Notes under the pieces: generated by a model
What the model saw: the letters and a program-made list of their open reading frames with translations, nothing else
Database searches by the model: none
Told to the model about the DNA's origin: nothing
In this document: positions 10,040 to 19,800 of the stretch, piece by piece
How positions within the stretch are numbered: position 1 is the first letter of the stretch
How the letters are laid out: every line of letters starts with the position of its first letter
Assembly: GCA_016839805.1 (NCBI GenBank)
Contig: JAEOTO010000015.1
Span: 21,778-85,777, forward strand
Origin: Candidatus Hermodarchaeota archaeon
Lineage (GTDB): Archaea > Asgardarchaeota > Hermodarchaeia > Hermodarchaeales > Hermodarchaeaceae
Direction: 5' to 3'
Length of the DNA: 64,000 nucleotides
Made by a program: the position numbers and the translations under genes

Positions 10040-10311
10040 CGGTTTTCAGTCAACCCGGTATGTTCTATAATGGGTTCAATGTTGGTAGCAATTTAATGAA
10101 CGAGAATTCTGGTTGAATTATTATTAATACTTTCTCACTATTCGAAAATAAACTCTCGCTCTTTGAGAAAAGAAAGGGTCGTTGTAATACTCATCAGCGG
10201 TCTTTAGAATAACAACTGATTTGTCTACAATTGTCTGTTGAAAATAAACCATTCATCTATCAGACCAACTAGTGGGTCTTTTGATATGAACAGGAATGGG
10301 TTCCACCAATA

Positions 10312-11088
10312 TTAGGATGGAATGAAGGCGGTTGCTTGCCAATAGTTGAGACTAATAATTTGGCAGTTGGTGACCTGTGATCCATACGTTGCGATCCATT
10401 CAGTGTTAGAATCTACAGCATAATGAATTGGGATGAAGAATCGAGGCTCGATTACATTCAGAGCATGGACGACTTCTTCGTTAGCCATGGTCTGACATCC
10501 AGGCCCTAGAGGGAGGAGTGCCACATCAATCTCGCCTGTTATTTGATAATATTCAGGGATGTTCTTTGAGTCTCCAGCGTGGAATATCGTAAAGCCATTG
10601 ATGTCGATGATGTAGCTGGTCCAGTTCGCTTCTTCTGGATGACTAGCTGGATACCCTTGGAGAGAAAATGTGTACATATAGAAGGCTGTAATCGTGATAT
10701 GTCCCACTTGGAGTTGGTCTTCCGGATTCACGCCGATTCCATCATGAACCAGAATCTCTGCGCTCATGTTCTCTGGAAAGATATTTACTGTCCCCTCCCT
10801 CTGCAAAAGAGTAACCACATCACCCTGATAATGATCACCATGGGGATGTGTGATCAACACTGCATCAGCAGGTAAGTCTCCATATGTTGAATCTAGGTTA
10901 ATTGGGTCCACGTAGATGCGTATTCCCTGGTGTTCAATCATTACTCCAGCATTATCCAATAAGGTGAATCGAATTGAATTGGCATTTTGGTTTAGGAAAG
11001 AAAACGCTACAACGGATGAACCTACTACGACAATGGTGATAATCGCTGTTACAGTGACTGTAATCTTCATTCGTTTGGAAAGGCTCAT
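10312..11088 (-). CDS. MBL-fold metallo-hydrolase with N-terminal membrane anchor/signal
   Basis: VLITHPHGDHY is the HxHxDH metal motif. FHAGDS and later His/Asp residues are present. The N-terminus has a hydrophobic helix. Confidence 0.8.
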   Translation of the reverse strand: MSLSKRMKITVTVTAIITIVVVGSSVVAFSFLNQNANSIRFTLLDNAGVMIEHQGIRIYVDPINLDSTYGDLPADAVLITHPHGDHYQGDVVTLLQREGTVNIFPENMSAEILVHDGIGVNPEDQLQVGHITITAFYMYTFSLQGYPASHPEEANWTSYIIDINGFTIFHAGDSKNIPEYYQITGEIDVALLPLGPGCQTMANEEVVHALNVIEPRFFIPIHYAVDSNTEWIATYGSQVTNCQIISLNYWQATAFIPS

Positions 11089-11279
11089 GTCATTTCATAG
11101 AATTTCGTGGAATATATTTTCATGGAATCCGGTTAGTTCGGAATTTCGCTTTTAGGTGAGGAGGAGTTACGATATTCGAACTAATTGGTTCGGGTTTGTA
11201 ACCATAGAATCGAACTCATGCTCTCTTGAATGTGTCCTAACTTGAATGGCTGGCTAACGGTTTTGTATTCATCCGTTAC

Positions 11280-11894
11280 TCACTCATTCTTGAGTGGTTG
11301 CCTAATCACGGTTCGTAGCTTTTCTGGGGTTGTCCGTCGTGGATCACTGAGGTAGATTTCATGGTGTTTTCCTCGGAGTTCATAGCCCTGATTAAAGGCG
11401 TATTGGTGCATGGTTTCAATGACTGGGCCTTCTTCGGAGAAGGGACCGATATGCATCACTTGGACTGATACACCTTCTTGGTAGGTTTCTAATCGCATCT
11501 TTGACAAGGCAGTTGGATTCTTTTTCTCTTGCACAACTTCAATAGCTTCTCTGTAGTGGTCTGTAGTTACTTCAGGAGGTTGCATAATCATGGATGTCCA
11601 CAGCCATTCTTCTTTTCGGCTGTTGATAATGAACGCGTTCATATCCTTTGCCCACCATAATCCTTCTAAGGGCATGACCGTGTAATCGATAACTTCGGCT
11701 TTTTTTAGTGCGAATTTTAAGGTGTACGCTATGGGGTAGAGGGCTTCCATGGCCTCCTGATATTCTTGAGAGGTTTCGGGGTAGCCCTTTCCGTCAATCA
11801 TAAGAAACTGCATGTCTGGCACATAAACGATGACCGGTGTTAGTGGGGGATTATAGAATTCCTTGAAGATTTTTTTGTGGTCAACTTTTTCCAT
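11280..11894 (-). CDS. GyrI-like small-molecule-binding domain protein
   Basis: The N-terminal KEFYNPPLTPVIVYVPDMQFLMIDGKGYP block and the HHEIYLSDPRRT C-terminal block are the conserved signature of this GyrI-like (SOUL/Rob-like) family. Confidence 0.8.
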   Translation of the reverse strand: MEKVDHKKIFKEFYNPPLTPVIVYVPDMQFLMIDGKGYPETSQEYQEAMEALYPIAYTLKFALKKAEVIDYTVMPLEGLWWAKDMNAFIINSRKEEWLWTSMIMQPPEVTTDHYREAIEVVQEKKNPTALSKMRLETYQEGVSVQVMHIGPFSEEGPVIETMHQYAFNQGYELRGKHHEIYLSDPRRTTPEKLRTVIRQPLKNE

Positions 11895-11895
11895 T

Positions 11896-13059
11896 TTATA
11901 TCACATCTGCGTTACTCGCGTTTTTGAGTAGTTCAATTGCCTCCTTTTCCACCTCATAGAGCTGTAAAATCCATTCCTGAGTAATGGGGAGAAACTTCGG
12001 AGCATTGGCAACTTCGACTAGGATTTCATCCAAATTCGAAGCGAGTTCACGATTAATAGCTTGCAACCGCTCTGTGGCCCCTGGTGCCTGTTCCTCACCA
12101 ATACGATTTTGTTCCAGAATAAGTTCACGGGCTCGACGGAGCATCGGATACTCGTCGGGTAGTAAAAAGGTAGCAATCTCACTCCATATAGTTGCCGCTT
12201 GCTGATACTTGGTAATCACTGCGTCCAACCCCGGCATGTGGAAAAGCTCAGATGCCTCTTGCAGGTATCGCGCATACATGGGACGAAATGCACTTCCGCC
12301 AGTGCCACCTACTTCGATATAGATGAAGCCTTGATAGAGGGCGTTCCATAACTTTTCTCCAGGGAACAGCTTTGGCCATTTAACGATAAGCTTCGCCCAT
12401 TTCTCGATGCCTTTCAATCCGATATTTCGTATCGGCGGATTCAACATCCCATCAATTGTATGGTGTATAGATTCATTTATCATCTCTCTGGTGATGTTCA
12501 ATTGTTCAGGGAGTTCGAGATCAAAAATTGCATGCTGGGGTGGCCAAGGAGGAAACTTAGACGCTCTCGCCCTCTTCAACTCATCTATCCTTACTGTCAC
12601 ACCTCGGTGTGCCCGATCAGAGATGTACACAATATCCGCGGCTTCGTCGATACCGTAGACGACGAAGACGTGCTGCCCAAAATGGGAGTCTTCAGGAACC
12701 CCCATATAGGGAAGATAGGCCATGTCCGCATAAATCACGGCTGGCTCCATGTTCGCCAACTTTTCAAGCAGCCAGGTATGTCCCTTTTTGCTACTCGTTG
12801 TTCGCTGCACGACCAGTGAGGCACCAGTCCGTCGGACCGCATCATCGATGAAATGCCGTCCACCACCACGACCACCTACCATGGGTGCTGGCATCTGCTT
12901 AACATACCAATAGATGAACCCGATTCCGCCCCCGAGTCCGAAGAGCATCTCTTCCGTTATTGGTAATCCATGATGGCGGTAAACTTTCTGAACGGCACTG
13001 GTTTCACAATGCAGCCCACCAAACAAGTTGAAATCATCAACGACAAACTGATTACTCAT
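11896..13059 (-). CDS. BtrH_N / DUF4872 domain protein (papain-like fold)
   Basis: The N-terminus GGLHCETSAVQKVYRHHGLPITEEMLFGLGGGIGFIYW matches the butirosin BtrH N-terminal domain signature. Start is 1 nt after the stop-to-start junction with the GyrI-like gene, and it overlaps the PadR gene by 4 nt, indicating an operon. Confidence 0.7.
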   Translation of the reverse strand: MSNQFVVDDFNLFGGLHCETSAVQKVYRHHGLPITEEMLFGLGGGIGFIYWYVKQMPAPMVGGRGGGRHFIDDAVRRTGASLVVQRTTSSKKGHTWLLEKLANMEPAVIYADMAYLPYMGVPEDSHFGQHVFVVYGIDEAADIVYISDRAHRGVTVRIDELKRARASKFPPWPPQHAIFDLELPEQLNITREMINESIHHTIDGMLNPPIRNIGLKGIEKWAKLIVKWPKLFPGEKLWNALYQGFIYIEVGGTGGSAFRPMYARYLQEASELFHMPGLDAVITKYQQAATIWSEIATFLLPDEYPMLRRARELILEQNRIGEEQAPGATERLQAINRELASNLDEILVEVANAPKFLPITQEWILQLYEVEKEAIELLKNASNADVI

Positions 13060-13613
13060 ACTCTATTCTCACTCCGTTCTTTCAGCTGATGTGTCACACT
13101 TTCAATCCACGCAAGTTCTGCTTGTCCACGAACAAGCCCGTGATCGAAGATGATTTCTGCTCCGAAGGGAAGGGGGCGTTGTTCCTTGCGTAGCTGCTTT
13201 AGGTGGTTAATCCGTTGACGCAATTTTTCAGCGTAGCCTACAAGACCTTTGATAGCTTCTTCGACGGGAAGTAATTCAATGTACGCAGCGCCTAGATCAA
13301 CACGCCCACGTGGACGTTCAGGTTCTGAAATATACAGTTTGATGATGTGCTTCAAAGTAGAACGTCCCCGACGTGTCAATCGGTATAACTTCCGAGCTGG
13401 ACCTTTCTCCGATGGGTTCAGTCGGCTTGTAATTAATTTGACTTTTTCGAGTCGATTAAGAATTGCATAGATTGAAGAAAAGCCGATATCTGTCCAATTC
13501 CGAACTCCCCGCTCTTCTATGGCTTCGTTTAGTGCATATCCGTGGGCTTCACCTTCACTGAGTAAACTAAGTACTGCGACTTCAGCCTGTGTTAACTCAT
13601 CAGGTATTCTCAT
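13056..13613 (-). CDS. PadR family transcriptional regulator
   Basis: AHGYALNEAIEERGVRNWTDIGFSSIYAILNRLEKVKLITS...ARKLYRLTRRG is the PadR wHTH signature. It is the first gene of the PadR/BtrH-like/GyrI-like operon. Confidence 0.85.
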   Translation of the reverse strand: MRIPDELTQAEVAVLSLLSEGEAHGYALNEAIEERGVRNWTDIGFSSIYAILNRLEKVKLITSRLNPSEKGPARKLYRLTRRGRSTLKHIIKLYISEPERPRGRVDLGAAYIELLPVEEAIKGLVGYAEKLRQRINHLKQLRKEQRPLPFGAEIIFDHGLVRGQAELAWIESVTHQLKERSENRV

Positions 13614-13619
13614 GATATA

Positions 13620-13639
13620 GTATTCTAATAATAGAATAC
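13620..13639. promoter_or_regulatory. Perfect 8-4-8 palindrome GTATTCTA-ATAA-TAGAATAC, candidate PadR operator
   Basis: Read directly from the sequence. It lies 7 nt upstream of the PadR start codon, in the divergent intergenic region shared with the giant surface-protein gene. Confidence 0.5.
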
Positions 13640-13832
13640 ATATTAATGTTTCGAATTCAACAAACCAAGGAATAGATTCGACTACTCGGCATTTCGAAAG
13701 GTCAACCGATTTCTTTAGCCGGATGTCTAAAATTTATATAGCTCGCATTCCTTTTGCATCATGATGTTTGGGAATAGTGGGTAGGTTATTCTGGCCATAT
13801 TCTACGTCAAGATCGAGCTTGGTGGGTAGAAG

Positions 13833-16800
13833 ATGTATAAATTCCGATTTAAGCAATTCATTTGCCTCCTGGCGATTTCGTTTTTAGTTGTTCCATCATT
13901 GGTAGCAACTGCAACACCATCTTTTGCAGTAAGGGACCCTTCAAGTTCTTCCAGCTCTCCTACTGTTAATACTTTAGACACTAATCGATTTGAGGGGCTA
14001 ACAGAGGGAGTTGGAAGCTTAGATGATCGAGTTAGTGATAAAGAACGAGAGTGGTATTGGCGTGATGCGAAGGGATCTTGGCAGGATTATCGTGATAGTT
14101 TAACATCATATCGTCAGGCTGCGGAAAGAATCCGCCATCGGCAAACAAGCTATTTTACTCAAATGGGTTCAGGAATGCTAATACAAGAACAAGTGGAAGG
14201 GAACCGACTTCGAATATCGGTACGTATTGGGAGTTATAGTATTCTCTCCTATGCTTTTGATGAAGGTATGTATCAGACAGTTATTGTGGAGGGGGCAGAG
14301 ACATCGACAGATTATGGATGTCCAACACTTCCATATAAGAACCTCTTGTTTTCTCTACCTGCTGATGTTCATCCACTTTCTGTTCAAGTGAATTCACGAT
14401 TAATGGAATCTATTGATGGGTTATCTCTAGTCCCTGGTCCTGAACCTCTGCGTCTTGCGAGTACTTATCCTAATAATCCCACAATTTACTTTGATGAGCA
14501 AGCATATTCAACTTCAAGTTTTATGCCTACATCCTTAGTGGATTACAACGAGGTGGGAATGCGAGGGACTAAGGGCTTATTTGTGAAACTGAGTCTCATG
14601 CAATATAATCCTGTTCAAAAACACGCTAGTATCGTGGTCGCCCTCGAAGTCGATATCACCTTTTCAGAACCCGTAACATCTGAGGAGTTGCACATCAATC
14701 CATATGAATCCCAGTTCAACGGTGGGGGACAGGATTATGTGATAATTGCCCCCGCATCATTTGTACCAAATTTGGGTTCCTTTCAGCAGTGGAAGCAAGA
14801 TTTGGGATATGACGTCTCCATTATGCCTGTGGAAACCATCTATGCTACCTATTCCGGACGGGACTACGCTGAGCGTATGCGGACTTTCATCCAAGCGTCT
14901 TACACACAAAATAATACGTTGTTCTTTCTCTTTGTTGGAGATGGTGATGTAGTGCCGACACGAATGGTTTGGGATCCATACCTAGCAGGTGGACTAGATA
15001 ACGGCACCGAACCCAGTGATATGTATTTTGAGTGCCTAGATGGCGATTGGGATGCAAACGGTAATAGCCTTTTTGGGGAGACGGACGATAACGTTGATTT
15101 CTTCCCTGAGGTTTTGGTTGGACGTATCCCTGTTCAAACTGTTACTCAGGCTGAAGACGTACTTGACGCCATTATTCAATTAGAAAGCAATCCCCCACCT
15201 GGTTCATGGATGAATGATGTTCTGTTGATTGGACCCGATTGTTTTGGATCCGGGGATGGTGCAAATATGATTGAAGAGGAACTCAATCAACAGTTCCTCT
15301 ATGATTCTTTCTTTGATGTCTATCGTACTTATCCTACTGATGGATCTTTATCCAACATTAACGTGATTAACCGGATTAATACTGGTGTGGGTATCGTCGA
15401 CTTCTTTGATCATGGGTGGTATGGAGGCTGGGTTGGGGCATTAGATGAAGAAAGCGGAAGTGAGGTTTCGAATCTTCTGAATGGTGCGAAAACGCCCTTT
15501 GCCTTTGCTATGGCCTGTGAAACTGCGGCCTTTGATGCTGAAGCTTACGAGCCAACAATTGGTGAAGCTTTCTTCCGGAATCCCAATGGTGGTGCCATTG
15601 CTTATATTGGTGCTACTCGGATTGCTTGGGCAGGCTATCATGCTTTTGACGGGCTTCATAATCGCTTCTGGCATTATTTCTTTGACTCAGCACTCACTAA
15701 ATGGTTTGCCAGTCCGAAGCTCGCTCTCCATGCAGCTCGTCAAGAAATGGTAACGACCTATTCTATGACTGATCCAATCAGTCTTGAGACAGTCTATCAG
15801 GCCATCTATTTCGGGGACCCCTCAATGTCCCTATACTGGAAACACAATATAACCAACTCTGCCACTCAGGTTGAAATCAACGAAGTTGTGCAATTGAATG
15901 GAACCTGTAATCTACTCTACAATAATACACCTATCAGTGACACCGTCAATGTACTTGTTCGTGATCCTCTTGGACACGTCGTCTATAATAGCCCTCACAT
16001 TACAGATAGTCAAGGCAGATATACTGCAACTTTTACTGTCAGTGAAGTTGCTGGGAATTACACTGTTGAAACCACTATTACACAACCTTTTGACTATACG
16101 GCCGTTAACACCTTTTATGTTGGCAACCATTCACTAACGCTTCAGTTGGATTCTTCTCCCCAATACTTCAATTTTCTCGACTTCTCAGGAAGTGCCACAG
16201 CTGATGGAACTGGAAATGCTACATTGGTTGATGCTGAAGGAAATCTCGTTTCCAGTAAACTCTTTACTATAACGGGTGGGGCATATTCAGAAAGTCTGAA
16301 TCTCACTGCATTTGGCTGGCTTATTCTCCATTTAACCTTAGAAAGTGGCATGGAGCATGGTGGAGTTAGCACGAACTTTTTGGTACGACGTGGTGACATA
16401 CTTGTAATCGCTGATGATACAGGTGCATTTGGACCTGACTATCCCGGTGGCTGGACCGCTAATAATCGCGGTGATTCAACAAATCTTGGTGATTATTATG
16501 TTGCACTCAAATCCGAATATGCGGTCTCTATTTTCTATCCTAGGTATGAGAGAGAACCTAGCCTTTCATTACTTCAGAGCTATGACGCTGTCATAGTTAC
16601 CGTCGGAGATAACTTTGGATATCCTCTCATTTCACCAGATAGTTTTCTCCTCGATGTGTTATTCTCCTACCATAACAGTGGTGGTCAAATCCTCTTTGAA
16701 GGATGCTTAATGTCCGAAGACCTTGCAAATTCCATGCATAATGCAACTTTCAAGAGCCTTACCCATACCGAACACGTAAAGAACCTAGCAAATACTGGCT

Positions 16801-19800
16801 CATTAACACTGGAAAACACTTTGCATACAATCACGTCTGGATTACCTGCTACTATTGCCCTGCTTGATGGTCTTGGAACACCCTATGCGGATGTCATCAC
16901 GGCTTTTAATGGTTCAACCTGTGTAAGTGGTTATGTGGGGGAGGTGGCACCACATGCCGCTATCACTGCTCTCACTCCAACTCCTACCTATGGAGGTGTG
17001 GTCTATATCGGATTTTCTATCGACGCGATTAGTAATCAGGATCACCGCACACTCCTCATTCAAAACGCCATCGCCTTTCTTCTACAACCTAGTATTGAAG
17101 CTATTCTTTCCGATGATGCCTTACAAACAGGTACTACAGAAACTATCATTATCGAAGTCTTTGAGGCTGCTACAGGTCAACCCATTTCTGGTGCAGAAGT
17201 AACCTTCAATGGATGTGGGATTTCAGCTACCAACCATACTACTTCCTTTGGCAACTGTTCACTCATCATCACACCTACCAGCGCAGGAATAATTACCGTT
17301 CAAATCACCAAGTATGGGTTTCTAAATTTGACTGGTGCCATCATTGTCTACGATTTACCCATAATTGAAGTCAACACTATTCCAACCTATCTGGTCAGAA
17401 CCACACCCCAAGACCTAGTGGTGATTGCCACCAATTATTATGAACACTTCCCTCTCGATGGCTGTTTCATTAATATTACAGGTTGTGGCGTTAGCGATAC
17501 TGGTTTCACGAATTCTTCAGGAATGGTGGAATTTACAGTTTCACCAACCATCTCTGGATTAATATCAATACATGCCAACCTCAGTGCTTATGTAAATGTC
17601 ACTAGCTCAATCGGCGTTCGTCTAATTGCATTAGTATTACCAAGTGCTGGAACCGAGTTTCCCAGTGACTTTTGCTGGGACGAAATTAACCTAAATTGGC
17701 AGGATTATGGCACGATACCACTATTCATCAATTATACGACCTTTGCTGGTACAAATACTAGCTTCACTATTCAAGACCTCGAAACAAGCAATGCTGATGC
17801 CCTTATCATTCCATATCTCTTTGAACCCTATTCTCCCCAAGAAATTGAAGCGATTAACACTTATGTGCGTGCTGGCCATGGATTATTTGCCAGCGGTTTT
17901 GCCATAGCATTGCATTCGGAATCGATGGGTCCCTTTTTTGGTGTAAAAGAGAATCTGTTCTTCGACACATATTATAGTCTATCCAATCTGAATATATTGC
18001 AGCCTGGACACGCTATTTTTCTGAATCTTCCTGATCCCTTCACAACATCATATCCGTTCTCCTTTTATCCAATGGGTACAGGTTGGGACCTTTCAGTACT
18101 CCAAGGGGCTAGTTACCTTGCCATAGATACATCTGGATCAAATTATGGAACAATTCTTACATACCGAGGAATAGTCTACACATCATACTTCCCTGAATTA
18201 CTATCCAATAGGGACGATCGACAATTAGTGTATAACATCCTTACCTGGTCTGAGTATGAGATCCCCGACCATGAACTTCGTGTAAGTCTGGCAGCTCCTA
18301 ATTACTGTGAACCCGGTGACACAGTGCAAATTAACGCCACCGTATACAATGAGGGCTTGAATAACGAAACTAATCTTCTGCTTCAGCTCTTCATTGATAG
18401 TCTACAGGTGGCATCACTCCCAATTCCTGAACTAGCAAATTTCACGAGTGAAACCTTGTCGTATCTTTGGACACCCTTAACGGAAGCTATTTACAACATT
18501 ACTGCCTACGTCGCGCCAGTCCAAGATGAAACAGACACGAGTAATAATGCAGTTACAAGATTTGTCACCGTTAGACCTATTGAAGGTTGGATTCTCTGGG
18601 ATAGCATACACCTCACAGATCCCATGAACTATTACTCAGACTGGTTAACAGATTTGTCGAATTTAGGGTACGTAATCGAGGAAATTTCAAGTGGCTCTAT
18701 TACATCTGTTCTTCTGGATAGTTATGATATCCTAATATGTGCCCAACCCTATGCCAGCTACTCAGGTGCAGAACAGACTGCCATTCAAACCTTCGTTTTG
18801 AATGGAGGCGGATTACTAGTCATTGGTGATGATTCACCCACCATCTTTGATATGTTGACACTCTTTGCGGGGATCGACTGGGAATATGGAGGATATGCTG
18901 GGACCACATCAGATATCACTCCTCATCATGTTACAACTGATGTTTTTTCTGCCTACTTCGATTCTCCAATTTGTGAACTTTTGGTTTCAAGTGGTGCAAT
19001 TAGTCTCATTCGGAATGGTGGGGATACACTTCTAGCGGTTTCTGAAGTTGGATCTGGTCGAGTTCTAGGGATTGGTGATGAGCACACGATTCAGGATGGT
19101 GCTATCAATCAAGCTGATAATCGTCAATTAGCGCTCAATATGATTGACTGGCTTCGTCGGATTCAATATCTCCATGATCTCCGTGTGTTTCTTGAAGTTC
19201 CTCTCTATGGCTTACCTGACGATCCGGTATACATCAATGCAACAGTCAGAAACAGTGGCTTAGAAAATGAAACTAATATTACTGTCCGTTTTTACGTCAA
19301 TACTTCCTTAGAAGATACAATCACAATACCTGAATTAAATAGCAGCGATTCAATCAAAGTTGGAACGATATGGACAACCTCCACCCTTGGACACTATAAC
19401 ATCACTGCATTCATTGTCCCAGTTCCCTTGGAAAATGTCACAACAAATAACATTGACACACGATGGATACGAATCCGTGAAATTAGCACATATGTGTTAT
19501 TCGATCGATCCCACGAGAACATGTTTGAAGAAAATTACACTCAATGGTTTGCTGAGTTATACACCTTAGGCATTTCAGTTGATGTTTTATATTCTGGTCC
19601 TATTGATGCTTCAACCTTGAGTGGTTATAATGCACTTTTGTGTATGAATCCCTGGCTCACCTATTCTAGTGCTGAACTAACAGCAATCCACAACTTTGTT
19701 GATAATGGTGGTGGACTATTCGTGACCGGTGGATGGAACCCTGCTGTTGCTTCCAGCCTTACGGCGCCTTTTGGTATCACATACGAAGATGATTTTAATT

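Noticed and set aside
11195-11225. tRNA T-arm-like sequence (GAATCGAAC, reverse complement GTTCGATTC) in the intergenic region.
   Set aside because: The flanking bases do not form a T-stem (ATGAG versus CTATG is not complementary). No acceptor or anticodon arms could be built, so this is a chance match.
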